This document shows, one piece after another, positions 13,202 to 28,414 of a DNA stretch of 64,000 nt. The first letter of the stretch is position 1. Each line of letters begins with the position of its first letter. The notes under the pieces were generated by a model that was given only the letters and a program-made list of their open reading frames with translations, ran no database searches and was not told the origin of the DNA. The stretch is from Rhynchobatus australiae (Eukaryota), in assembly GCA_034780895.1 (NCBI GenBank), contig JAUZTB010000065.1, positions 14,077,795 through 14,141,794 on the forward strand, written 5' to 3'. The translations under genes were made by a program, and so were the position numbers.

Positions 13202-13534
13202 GTGGGTTTCCATTTCAGTATTAATTTTACATAACTGTAATATAATAAATGATTGGGGTGGGGGTGGTCAGTAATATTAAAGCAGTGATTTTTGCTTCCA
13301 CCACCACCCAATCCACCAAATGATATAGAGCTGAATGGTGCTTCCATCATGAGGCAGTAATGGCTAGAAGATTCTTTTGAAGACCCCCTTCCGTCTTGCC
13401 CCTTGGTCTGTGTGTATCTGTCTCTTCGACCTGCTCTTGACCACTGGCTTTGCAGAAATATGATCTTCTGTGGAACTTTTATTTTTATTCTCATAGTTGC
13501 ATTTAGTCCTAGGCTTCTCCCTCCCCTTCTCTAG

Positions 13535-13584
13535 GAATGGCACCTTGCAGCCTCTCGACATGTACGACTCATGAGCAGCGCTGA
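13535..13584 (+). CDS. MAGI3: MAGI3 alternative exon giving a short C-terminus GMAPCSLSTCTTHEQR*; exon probably extends to 13619
   Basis: Pyrimidine tract plus ctag acceptor, phase 1 in frame with the upstream exon, TGA at 13582-13584, donor ctg/gtaaat at 13620; resembles the recalled short human end GLAPSGLCSYVKPEQH*. Confidence 0.75.
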
Positions 13585-13889
13585 GGCTTCACATCTCCTC
13601 TCATCTCTCCTGGGACCTGGTAAATCAGCACGTCTTTTACTTGGTTTTTATTCAGACAGACTCTCAAACCTTTTTTTTTGCAATTTTGATTCGGTGTGTG
13701 CATCTTTCCTTCTCTCTTGCTCTCTTCTCCACTGTCTTCCTGTGTACCTCCTCACCAAGCTCTTGATCACATCCTCATGGCAATCCTCGCTCTGCCCACT
13801 TGCCTGTTTGCTTGCCTCCTACAGAATCCTGCAGTCAGTTTGAATCTGAACTGAAGGAAGATCTGTGTTAACTCTTCAATTTTGCTTGA

Positions 13890-14290
13890 GAGCAAATGTT
13901 TATGCAGCACCTTTCCTGAGCTCAGGATGTCCCAGAGTACTTCACAGTCAATGAAGTACTTTTGAAGTGTAGTCATTGTTGTAGGAAATGAGAGAGCCAA
14001 TGTAAGCACAGTAAGGTTTCAAAGAAACTAATAAAATTCCTGATCAGTTTTTAATGCTGGTTAAATCTAGCCAAGGACACCAGGGATATGGCTCCCACTT
14101 TTCTTCAGAATGATGTCATGAGATCTCTTGCACTTGCCTAAGAGTGATATGTAATGACCATTCTGAAAGATGGCCTCTCTAAACAGCAATTTTCCCTCTC
14201 TACTAGCGTGGGAATGTTGGCCAGGATTGTGTTCAGGTCTCTGGTGAGTCACCTGAACCCACAAACTTTGACTCCAAGGTTAATGAGCCA
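13890..14290 (-). mobile_element. Deu-domain SINE (SacSINE1/AmnSINE-like), degraded
   Basis: Reverse complement of actacacttcaaaagtacttcattg.ctgtgaag..tgggacatcctgag; similar copies near 14870, 20810, 39580, 56480 and 63390. Confidence 0.6.
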
Positions 14291-15384
14291 GTAACAGTTC
14301 AAGCACACAGGTAGAGATGCACATCATTCCACCTATGGGGAAAAGCTAGATCTAGCAACCAATAGCTACAATTGAACCTCACTGCCACAAGGAGTGCCAT
14401 CAAAATTAAAATACTGCAGATGCTCCAAATCTGAAATAAAATCTGAAAATACTGGGGGCACTTGGGTCAGGCAGCATCTGTTGAAGAGAAAGAATTAACA
14501 TTTTGGATAGATGACCTTTCATCAGAAATGGAGTGTTCGGGCCAAACAGCAGAAATTTTTAAGGAGAAGCCAGAAGGAGAATGTAATAGTAAGTTTATAC
14601 CAAAAGACCGAGATGAGGTAGCTGTGTTCTGAAGATGTTCTTGTGGAGTATAAACACCAGCGTAGACCATTTGGACCAAAGGCCCACTTCTGTAATGTTG
14701 CATTAAATAGCTCAACCACAAGACATGACATTCACTTGCATTCCCTCTTTGAATGGTCAGAGCCCAGGTAAGTTCATCCCACCACAGCTCACCTGCTGCT
14801 CTTGCCTCCTTTTACCTCTAGACTAATCTAGTGCTCGCTTTCCCACCCCACCCTCTGAACTTCAACTCCTGTGAAGCACCTTGGGATGTTTTGCTATTTT
14901 TAAAGATGCTATATAAATGTTTCTCATTCACTGGCTCAAATGTTTGAATCTTGAATTAGCTTATTTTATACTTGTTCACTAACACCCCCCTCCTCCCCCC
15001 CCTTTTTTTGGAGGACATTAATCAACCAACTTCTGGGGCTGGAGCCCAGATCAGGTATGGATCGCAGATCCCTTTGTGACAATCTGAACTGATGCCTTGT
15101 TGCAGCTTTCCATTAAACTCCAGTCATCAAATTCACTTTCACCCAAACCATGTCATGACGCTACTGTTCCCCCTTCCCTCATCGACTGCAGTCTCTCGTC
15201 TCTTGCCCTCTTCACTGTCCTCTGACCTCTTCTATCCTCTGCATTATGTATGGCTGGGAGGGGTGTAGTATATGCACTGGTAAGGGGATGATTTGGGATT
15301 GTGTGTGCAGGAGAGGTTTTCATCGAAGTTGAGTATACCATTTGCTGCTTATCTAATCGTCATTAAATGCGTTGCATTTTCTAG

Positions 15385-16058
15385 ACAATCTGGATACCCA
15401 GGACACGCCATATTCCAGCCTCCAGGAACTACCCACAGCTCCTGAAGACCCGCCATCACCATCCTTTCCACATTCCGCCCCAAACCTTACTGATCCTGAA
15501 AAGACTCCATCAAAGGAGAAGCCACAGAGAGAACAAGAGCCCGGAACCAACGTGGTGGGCAGACGGCAGGCGGGGGAGGAAGGTCGCGCCGAGTTTGCAA
15601 AGGAAAAGGTGGAGCCGGGGGAGAGTGCGAGCAGCCCGAAGAGAGCGCGGCCGACAGGCTCCAGGGAGCCGCCGGGCAGCTCCGGGAAGGCCGAGAGGGA
15701 CGAATGCAAGCAGCGGGGAGTCGGTGGGAAGGAGCGGCCGGCGGTAGGAGGGCGGAGGCGATCGCGCAGCCCGCGGGGAGGAGCGGGAGAGGAGCCTCAG
15801 GGCAGGGCGGCAGACGGGCGGGCCGGCAGCCCGGAGAGCGGCCAGCGGAAGGCGGGCACTGAGCGGAGGCTCCCAGCGAAGGGCAGCGGGCAGGGAGCGG
15901 GGCAGAGCCGCCCCAGCAACAGCGCGGATCCGAGGAAAGGAGAGCACGATGGCTCAACATTGCAGCCCAGCCCAGGGACAAAAGCAGCACCGACCGCAAG
16001 AAAGGCACTGATAACCCCCGGGCCCTGGAAAAAGCCAGATGCTCAGAGGCCCGTGTAA
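15385..16058 (+). CDS. MAGI3: MAGI3 terminal coding exon of the long isoform; low-complexity R/S/P/G/E tail ending LITPGPWKKPDAQRPV*
   Basis: ttttctag acceptor, phase 1; within ORF 15372-16058; conserved LITPGPWK motif. Confidence 0.88.
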
Positions 16059-17890
16059 CAGAAAGCAAACAAATTATATATGTTAAATTATTTTTTTATA
16101 AACTTTGATTTCTGTTAAGCACCTGTTGCATCTTATTTAAATGTTCTATAGCTCAATCGATGTTCTCTGCGGGGGAAAAAAAACTTTGTCCAAGTGAAGG
16201 AATGACTCCGGTACTCGGCCGTTGGGTACACTTGACTGGCTGCGAAGGAAAGTCTGTTGGGGGTTTCCCTACTGTGCAAGTTGTTTACTCGGAGGTGTGC
16301 GCTTGTGATTCACTTTCCCTGTCCCCGCGAATTAGCAGATGCCCCATCTGATTGCAGTGGCAGATTGGCCTAAGAGTCACCCGTCACGGGTCGCTCCCCC
16401 CCCCCCCCTCCCGTGGGATGAGGCTGTGACTGTCGCTCTTCCCCCCACCCCCCGTGGGGTGCGGACTGTCGCTGACCGAGAGCAATTTCAGGCGGCTGTG
16501 CATGAGGCTCTCACATGGTAACATCAAGAGTAGAATCTCGCCGCTGCTTTGCAGACCTGAAATCAGTAGCTTAAGAACAAACATCTGGAACGTTAACCAG
16601 CGTAGTTATTTGTTTCGTTTCATACTTTTTAGCCTGGGCCTACCATGCGGCGCTTCAATCATTGTTTCCTTTTAATATGCTGTTGAAATCTTCCTGTCGC
16701 CTGATGTTGAACTGAAATAATTTAGTATTCTCACCCCCCACTGAATGGCGATCGCTTGGCTGCTAGTGTCAGTATCTGCGGGCTCCTCTAATCTGTCGTT
16801 GAAAAGGATCTGTGAAATTTTGTGTGCGATTCGCTGCTTCCTAGACTGACCGAAATTAGTTGGTCAGACTAACGAGCAGCGACATCTGCACAGAACATAT
16901 TCCATGGAGATTAGCGGTTATTTTGTTCGCTGTATAATTCCAATGCAGTTTATTATTAACGTCTTTAGTGACAGTTCTTGTTTAAACAAGAACTATCTCC
17001 CAAACCAACCTGTGCTGGGAGTTTCACCCGGCTCCAGTGTTAGAGGATTGGTACGCACATAAGCTTCCCTCTGTTTTATCCATGTTCTGCGCCCCCCGGA
17101 GATGGGAGCTGTAGCAAACACTTGCAGGTCGTTTACGTTCTGTAACGGTTTATTCTGGAAATCATGGCGGCTTTAGAATAGATGAGCCGTTTGTATCCCG
17201 TTTTTCTCTGGAGTGACCTCCCTCTACTTGGCCAATGCCCGCGCTCTTTCTCTTTACCAACACCCCCTCCCCTCCTTCACCCACAGTGTAAGGTGCATTC
17301 TCTGACTTAATCATGTTGAACATTTTGTATCTCTGCTACATAACTTGCATTGCCCTGCAGGGAGATGTGTTGCCAATAAGTATTTCTGTTACCCTCCATA
17401 GCACTGTATGTCCCTTTTTCTACCCTTCCAGCTAAGAAACAGTAGGAAATAACGACCCTGGACTGTGAGTGTGGTGCAGGCAGTGTCTTGTGACCACTTT
17501 ACTGTTATTTCATATGCGATAATGCGTAAAAGTTGAACTTAGGAAATCATGCAGAACTGTTTTGATATTCCACACAGCTCATCCACTGATGAGCTCCAGC
17601 TTTCACTCCACAGTGTTGTCTGAATTTCCTTGTTGGTAGAGTAGCTATACTCATTGTTCCACCCCATCAGTAACATACAAAAGCATCTTGCAGACTGTAC
17701 AGTACTCAAGGCATGGGTGTGGCCTTTGAGTAAAGCTGAACAAGCCTTGAGTTGTTGGTTGTAAATTTTTATACTGTACAGTCTCTATAAATACTGTCAT
17801 TAGGGAGAGATCTGTAAACCCTCATTATTTTTTTATGTATGACATGAAAAATGCAATCCTTGGTCATGGTGTTGAACTGTTGCACTGTAA

Positions 17891-17896
17891 AATAAA
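17891..17896 (+). terminator. Probable MAGI3 polyadenylation signal AATAAA (3'UTR about 1.85 kb)
   Basis: AATAAA preceded by a TGTA-rich AU-rich segment and followed by T/GT-rich tctttgtgttt. Confidence 0.6.
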
Positions 17897-18081
17897 TCTT
17901 AACTTTCAGTCTTTGTGTTTCAAATGGTCAAGATCAAAGTTTACTGTCTAGATGCTGTTTAAATTTGCACTGCATTTGAAGTGACTTTGCTGAGAATTGC
18001 AGGATCAAAGTAAGTACGAGTTTTTGGTGTGCTTCCTAATCTATGGATAAGTACCCATTCCCTATCTTTCCCCGTCAACAA

Positions 18082-18087
18082 TTTATT
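18082..18087 (-). terminator. Candidate PHTF1 polyadenylation signal (AATAAA on the minus strand)
   Basis: tttatt on plus, about 1.07 kb downstream of the PHTF1 stop. Confidence 0.45.
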
Positions 18088-19152
18088 TTCAGAAAATTCC
18101 ATTCATCCAATTTATATCCTCTTTTACACAGTCTTCAAGTAGATTATACTAACATGCTATGCTATCAGTTCATAGTTAGTGATGTAAGCCTAGGTTGATT
18201 AATTTCCACAGACAATAATTAGAACTGGCATATCTTGTGGTGTCCCACAAAGTATCTCCTTTGCTTAAACCTTTTCATTTTCATATGGTGAGAAGGTCAA
18301 ATGTGTTACATAAGTCAAAAGTTCAGAGTTAGGCATGGGTATGAGAAGATATTGGATAGTATCCCACCAAGATTTGCAATAAATGTTGTGTTTCACCCCT
18401 GTTCTTTCTCTTCTACTGCATTCTGTAGTTCAACTTGGTTACTAGTGTAATTCTCTAGTATCAACCCATTTCTTAGATAACAGATCAAATGAAAGATGGC
18501 TAGAGTAGAAGCTTTGCTTTAATTTTGAAAGCTAAGCTGGCAGATTTCACCTATTACAGAACCAACCTGTGACTTACAATTGGCCACCAGGCCAATACTT
18601 AAATAACATGATTTTAGCAGCACCTTCTGTCCATGGATACAATAATTATAGTACCAGCCTTGGGCTACAGTTTTACCTGCTCTGCAGGATCTTAAATCAA
18701 GCATTATATCACACACAACTTAAAATTAAGATTTTGTTTGAGGAAGAAGAGGGCAGTAGAACCACAATGGGACATTTGAAATTCAGCCAGTGCAATTTTA
18801 AGAGGGATGGATGTGGAAGAAGAAATCCCACAGGTCTTTCAGCCTCTGCTGGGATTTCTTCCTCCACATCTATTCACTTGTCCCAGTAATGAAAGTACAA
18901 TTGGTTAACATAGGCTGCATTTACTTGTACAACCATACTGGTAAAGAACTCAAGTTGCTTTCCTCCCTGGATCTTCCACATTTGCTGGTGGAAGCAAAAT
19001 TCTGGCAGGGAAAAATGACAAATGTTCTCCCTTCTGTGTTCTGGTAACTTGAGGGAGCTGTTCATATTATCAAATTGGGTTAGTTGAGTAGATGGAACAT
19101 TCTTCACCATCTTGGACAGTTTAGTTATCTTCTCAGCTTCAACTCCTGCAGG

Positions 19153-19170
19153 TCACTTGATCTTCCACAG
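19153..19170 (-). CDS. PHTF1: PHTF1 last coding exon, LWKIK*
   Basis: cctag acceptor, CTG TGG AAG ATC AAG TGA. Confidence 0.88.
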   Translation of the reverse strand: MWKIK

Positions 19171-19398
19171 CTAGGAGAAAGAAGCTTGCATTAACTGTTT
19201 CATCTAGCCAACCAGCTGTATTTTTTTTCAAATATCTTAGACTGTAAAATTCATCTGCTCAACATTAAAAAAGGTAGAACTTTGACCTGGTATAATGGAA
19301 GATTCCTTTCAGTCACAGATCTCACCTTAGAACAAAATATTTGTGAAGGGAGAAAGAATAGGTATAGAAAGTGGGAGAGATAACTTCTGTCATGACTA

Positions 19399-19548
<150 letters not shown>

Positions 19549-20101
19549 CTATAAGGTAAAGTTGATAGATACTTTGTCAGCTATAGTGCAGTATCACTGA
19601 CCAAGAGTGCCAAGCGCCACTGTTATTTATGTATTGCTGCTATATTTTTCACAACTTTGACAGACAGTTGTGGTGTATCTGCCTTGGTTTAGTGACTAGA
19701 TTAGAGAATGAAAACTTTTCTAAAATGCATACAGGATGTTTTTTTTCCCCCGATGGGTAGATTAGGTTTTGGCTTAACATGTCGTCCAAACCAGAACTCA
19801 GAGTGCAATACTCCAATGGGGTTGTCACCCTAGCTTTGAGCTACAGTCTCTGGGGTGGGACTCCACTCACAACCTTGTGCCTCAAAGGCAAAAATGCCTT
19901 TTGCTGCCCAGATCATGCTGGTTTCCTGTTCCCCTTTCATCCAAGGAGCTAGTGTGGTAAGAGGACAAATTTGTTTAAAATCAACGATTGCTGCAGCATT
20001 CTTCACAGTGCATTCATGAGAAAGCTGCTAGAAATTCAACAACAAGACAGATTTTTTTTAAACCCATGGAAAATATGGCCCAGTTTCCTACAGATCAATT
20101 A

Positions 20102-20293
<192 letters not shown>

Positions 20294-20528
20294 CTATTGA
20301 AAATAAAAGCAGGGAAGTGGTAATGTCACAGTCCATAATCAGTCTTCTCCAAAACTGAAAAGAGTTTTGTTTTCCATTTCCAAACACTTTTCAGATTTGC
20401 CATAAGACTAAAAATAATTTCCACAGTGGCAACCAGTTAATGAGCCCTGGAAACATCATCCAAATTAAGATTCCAGGGAAACCAATGTCCTAATAACTGG
20501 CTCTGGTGATGTAAAGGTAGGCACATAC

Positions 20529-20812
<284 letters not shown>

Positions 20813-21351
20813 TTATATAGCTTTTGCAACCACACACAATGGCCCAAAGCACTTTACAGCTAATATATATTTGAACTGAAATTACTGTTATAATATTGCT
20901 GTGCACAGCAGGTTTACATTAACAAATGTGATTATGACTAGATATTGTTTGAAGGACAAATACTAGCCTCAGGACCCCAAGAGAATTCCCTGCTCTTTAA
21001 AATACAATTTTAGGAATACAGTAATCAAATGGAAGCAGAGAAGGCCAAGGATTTAATGTCTCTCTTTACTTCCAGTAGCATATTGACAGCATTGTATTGG
21101 CCTACATTATGGGCTCTAGTGCAGGAGTGGAACTTCAACCATGACCTAATGGCATTATAAATGTAAGCTTTGACTTTCTATTCACTATCATTCTAATCAT
21201 TAAAGAATTCTTGGTTACAAAGCAATAATAAAAAAAAAGCTGCAAGTCTGGTTGTTGGTGAGGATTAACCCATAAAAGAATGAGAGGTTTGAGGTTCAAC
21301 TGATAAAAGAAATAACACTAATGCCCTTTCTCCCAACCACAAGCTCATTTA

Positions 21352-21558
<207 letters not shown>

Positions 21559-22026
21559 TTAAAATAGGACGTGGAAAAAGAAAAGCCAGTGGAGAGTAAG
21601 TTACCAGCAGAGTAAGCTGTATAGTGAGTAAAATGCAGAGACTAAAAGAAAAAAACTATGCAGCTGAATATTTTACTACGACTTGAAAGACAATGGATTA
21701 TATAAATGGTCATTCTCGGAACTGGGCTCTAAATAGGGCCAAATTTTCAAACCTAGGACTGATGGAGCAGTCTTGTTTTCATTCAGACAACGTGATCCCT
21801 CAAATTCCTGGACCAGTGGACAAGACTATAGACACATAGGGCATAATTTCTCAAACTTCCCACTTGTTTTGTGGATTTTAATGCTCTTTGCTGGAGGAAG
21901 GCTGCTTAAATTGTGTTCTAAACATTTATACTTGCAAGACAGTGCTGGTAAATAGCCCAACCACCATTATAAGTAGTTACTTGGATCACTGGAAACAACT
22001 CATTGATTCACGTCCCATCTGCATTA

Positions 22027-22236
<210 letters not shown>

Positions 22237-23719
22237 TCAAAAGGATATTTAACTTAACAAAAGCCTTGCTTTCCAATGATATAAAAGGTTTTATAACAGA
22301 AGTGGCTCCCTACTGTCCTTGCATTTGTTCTGGAAGTTCAGCTGTATTGCTACCAAGCAAAGACTTTATGAATTAGAATGGTCACAACCTTATTCAATGT
22401 GGTATAATTTACAGATTTAGAAAATATCTGGGCAAAGTAGTTTTTTAATTTAATTTGTAATAAGAACATGGAACAGTACAGCACAGAAACAGATGCTTTG
22501 GCCCAAGGTATTCTGTGCAGACAATAAGGGGCTGTAATTACAAAAGTTATTAATAAACAACAGAAATAAGGAAACATTTCTTCACTGAGCATAGTACTTA
22601 TTAACAGAGGGAGTGAAGACACTTTTAAAAGAAAAATATAGTACAGGAAACAAAATGGAATAGAATGATGTACAGAAGGTCTGAGATCAAGGAATGGAAT
22701 AAGAGTTGCATGCAGAGTGCACACGTGAGAACGAATTAGTATGGCTGAACGGCCTGCTTACATTCAATATATTCTCTAGAACCTAGTGAACTGAACATTG
22801 AATGGAAATCTAATGGCACCAGGGTAGTTTCATGAAAAATTGAAATAAAAGGTTGCTTGCAGTAACAGCAACCATAAAGATGTTAGGGAGCTGGGAGGAG
22901 GCAGAAAGAAAAGAAATACCAGAATCTCAAATTTTAAAGAGGCTTAAACACAATTCAGCCAAGGGATCACATTCAGTGTAATGCGTGTGTGTAATACTAT
23001 CTTGTTATGATCATTTAGGGTTACACACAACAGGCATTTGGCCCCACAGAGCATATGCTAGTGTTACAATTTACATTCATTTAGGGAGGCAGTAAAACTT
23101 TCTGAAGATGATTATCAAACAAGACTTAATGCTACATCTCAACAAAAAGATAGGTTCTGAGGAAATGATTTAAATGAACAGAACTTTTGTTTGACACTAC
23201 CAGAGATAACAACCCAGGCATGGACAACAATGGTGGAGCAATTACAATGATGGGGTTCCAACTTGCCCAAACTGAAGGGCTGAATGAGGTTACAAAGAAA
23301 TGAGGATGAAAATACTAAACAGGGGCATTGCCAGAAGGGGAAGCACTGTAGGTCAGTGAAGCCACGGGAGAAGATNNNNNNNNNNNNNNNNNNNNNNNNN
23401 NNNNNNNNNNNNNNNNNNNNNNNNNNNNNNNNNNNNNNNNNNNNNNNNNNNNNNNNNNNNNNNNNNNNNNNNNNNCTGTAGGTCAGTGAAGCCACGGGAG
23501 AAGAGCAAATGACATTGATGAATGAAATATGGTCAAAGTTCTCAACAGTGGAAGATAGGAAGCCAGCTAGGAAAGTATTGGATTAGTCTGAACAGTCAGA
23601 AGTTTAGAGATAACAGGATTGGTGAGGACTTCAATGGATGAGTAAAGGAAAGGGTGGGTTGGATGATGTTCTGTCATGGAATGAGGCCAACAGTTAATTG
23701 ATGTTCCAATGATGCTCAC

Positions 23720-23992
23720 CTGCTTATATGTTCTCTCTGCCACACAAAGAATGAAGAAAAACATCCACATCAGACAGAACCGCTCCAATATGTTTATCAG
23801 TACTAAGATGATGAGAGGCCCATCCGGCTTCCCACCACAAGTGATTGTCAGTAACTCAGGGATGGAGGAGGAGGCTAACTGGTCCAGGTTCTTCTGTTGG
23901 AAAAGGCGAAATGCATAGGGTAGCACGGTGAGGACAGACGTCACCACGTATCCCAGGATCCGGTAACCATTATGCTGCTCAAAAGTATGTGC
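23720..23992 (-). CDS. PHTF1: PHTF1 exon, AHTFEQHNGYRILG..ERFCLMWMFFFILCVAERTYKQ (hydrophobic, transmembrane-like segments)
   Basis: 273 nt, cag acceptor and gtgagc donor. Confidence 0.93.
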
Positions 23993-24330
23993 CTGTTGGT
24001 AGGAAATATAAAATATAAATAGAAAACAGAAAAACCACTGGGATACAGGGAGAAATAGTATTAAATCACTGTCCCTCAAAAAATCCAAAAGCTTTGTCTA
24101 TAGTTCAGACACCTTCAAAGTATCTCAACTCCCAATTAATCCAAGCTATCCCATCTCTTGAGCTATACTCCCTTCCCCACAGCATCTTCTGCATGCCACT
24201 GAAAACCAGAGACACCCTGCCCAGAAATCCTCTTTCCCATACACAACTACCCTGTGATTCACTGTCTCATGTCCATCCCAGAGAGAAATTAGACTCCAAC
24301 ACATTTCCAAGATTCAGCAAGTTCACTCTA

Positions 24331-24474
<144 letters not shown>

Positions 24475-25039
24475 TTACAAATTAAATAAACTTCAAATCC
24501 AAATTACAAAGCCACCGGTGACTGAAGTCAAGGAAAATCATCGTTTAAGTGAGGAAAGCAAAGAGCTCGGAGGTTTGTAGGGTGGAAAGAGGGAGGGGCA
24601 AGTCCATGGAGGGGATGAGGAATTTATACTACTGCCAAACTAGAAACTAATACAGGTCAGAACAATCGATACTACAAGCAGAAATGCTTTCCTTCAGGAA
24701 CACTCCCCAGCTCAGCGGAGACGACATGACATAATTCAGAGAACAAACAGGTGAAAATATTGGGTGGTCACTCATTCAAGCACACACCCGATGGTCACTA
24801 GCGTCTGACAAGGATGGACAGTTAGGAGAATTCTCCATCGGTATCTTCCAGAGAGAGAGCTTCTAACTTGAATGTGCTAAGCGTAATGAGCAAAGCAGTA
24901 ATTTCTATGCATTCCAGTTTAAGCTCTCTCAATCTCTGATGGGTATTAGTGGAGTTTACTTCCAAGTACTTTGTGAAGAGTTTGGGCTGTCCAGGAATAC
25001 ATTGGTGTAGGATAAGAGTTTCTTACCTTCCATTCCATG

Positions 25040-26467
<1,428 letters not shown>

Positions 26468-27469
26468 CTAAAACTTTTTACTTGAACACAAATCAATGTC
26501 ATGATCAATTTGTACAAAAAAATCCCGCAATGATTAAGGATAATAACAATTAAATATGTCTTTTATAGTGTTGATTCAATGATAACCAGAAGCCAAAGAG
26601 AACCTGCCTTTTCAATTCAGCATGAGAAGAACAGGAGGCTAATGCTGAAAAATACTGGGGTGGGTCAGGGCAGACTAGGTTTAAGAAAATGTTTCTGGTT
26701 TGTGTAGCAGCCTGAAAGAGCTAGGGATCAGCCACCTAATGAAGGAATATTCAGAAAGATCTCTGACCAGAATCTAAAATCTCAAAATTCTTTAGAATTT
26801 AATCGAATACATACAGCCTTTTTACATACAGGTCTACTCTGACACTTCTACTTCACATGAGAGTTATCTCACTATCGACTTGCCTTCTATCAGACTACCC
26901 TTGCTCTCTCATATCAGGCTCCCCAGCTTCCCCTTGTGAAACTAAGCTATTTGCCTCAGAATTCCAAACTCTAGCCACCTGTGATAAAGAAGCCCCTCGC
27001 ACGTCCCTCAGCAAATTACAAGTAATCAACATATCTAAGACACATATTTGTAGAGGAATCGATACTAAATTAACCCCACCAAACATTAAAAGCCACTATC
27101 AGGGCACCCCTCATCCTACTTTTTGTTCTGGAGAGTCCCAGCCTATTCATTCTTAACCCATCATTCTCGTAAATCTTTTATCCTTATGTTTTTTGTTAGG
27201 ACCACCCCCACCCCCAACCCGACCTCTCTTAGACAGTTTCACCCACTTGACCCTGGGAGTTCAACATCCATAAGGAGCAATTCCTGGAATGATTTTATCC
27301 CTTGCTCTCCCCCATCCTCGTTCAATGTGTAGACTGAGAAAGGCAAACACCTACGATGTCAGATGGCCCAGCCTTGGTCTAATGGTGGCACAACATGGTG
27401 GGCTGAAGGGCCTGTATTGTGCTGTATTGTTCTATGGTACTTCGATAAACTCATTGTTGCAGTTCATAC

Positions 27470-27559
27470 CTGATTTGGGGCTGTAGATTCAAACTCAGAA
27501 TCCTGCAAGCTGTCAGAGTCTCGCTTTGGAATCTCCCACCTCGGGATTCTGTCTCTGCC
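27470..27559 (-). CDS. PHTF1: PHTF1 exon, GRDRIPRWEIPKRDSDSLQDSEFESTAPNQ
   Basis: 90 nt, tttacag acceptor and gtatga donor; matches human RDSDSLAESEFES. Confidence 0.9.
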
Positions 27560-27750
27560 CTGTAAATAGAAGAGAAATTGACTGCAGTAACGAAGGTAGG
27601 ACTTGGTGCAAGTTGCCCTTGTCTAACATCAATCGCAGTCTGTAATTAAGTTGGGTGTGGGTGGTGCAAATTAAACAGAAATGTTTGTGAAGATATGGTT
27701 TTACTGTCACGAGTGAAAATGAGAGACAGAAAGCACAAACTGCAAACTAC

Positions 27751-27912
27751 CTCTGAGACCCCAGTTGTTTTGACCTGTGCACTTCTTCGGAATCGTAACA
27801 TGCTCAAAGTCCCCTTCACCTTTTGCTGGGTTAGCAAGTGCCGTGCTTGGCTCTCCGTTTCCTCACTGGAATTTTCCTCTGAACCTCGATTTGTAGTTCG
27901 GTGCTGTGCATC
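27751..27912 (-). CDS. PHTF1: PHTF1 exon, DAQHRTTNRGSEENSSEETESQARH.. (donor at 27750 or 27774, both phase 0)
   Basis: tctcag acceptor; SSEE motif as in human SDDLSSEE; donor choice uncertain. Confidence 0.72.
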
Positions 27913-28341
27913 CTGAGAACAAGACACAAGAACTTCAAAATCAGCTATATCCCTGACTGAACTGTAGAGTATAGAACCAAGTAAACAGGTCAGGCCAAGA
28001 GCTAAGCTCTATCAGGAAATGAAATATATTTTATAACCCTTAGCTGTAATTACAAAAGAGGAGGTTGCTCCATTAAACCATACATCATTATCAATCTACA
28101 GATTACTTCCAAATCATCAATTAAACAATAGTTAAATTGTGTAACATTAACTAATCTATAGATTAATCAATCTCCACACAAACATATCTGGAATAAAAGT
28201 GTATAAACTGGGTTGAAGTACAAGTCAGCCATGACTGGGCCAAGGAATGGGCTCAAACAACTGAATATCTTCTTGTTCCTGTTGGCCATAATTTATGGAT
28301 CAGGTGTACCAGACCTCTACAGGTATGGGCCACGGACTTAC

Positions 28342-28414
28342 TCTCCCATTGTTGGGCATAGGGATTGTAGAGCAGCGTCCAACCTTTCTAGATAGATGTC
28401 TTGTTTGCGTAGTT
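28342..28414 (-). CDS. PHTF1: PHTF1 candidate exon, (R)TTQTRHLSRKVGRCSTIPMPNNGR
   Basis: Pyrimidine tract plus ctcag acceptor, strong gtaagt donor, phase 2 to 0 bridges the flanking exons; little sequence similarity to human. Confidence 0.6.

Noticed and set aside
15353-16068. Long antisense ORFs (193, 145 and 118 aa) overlapping the MAGI3 last exon
   Set aside because: Expected from stop-codon scarcity in GC-rich sequence; no recognisable domain and non-ATG or weak starts
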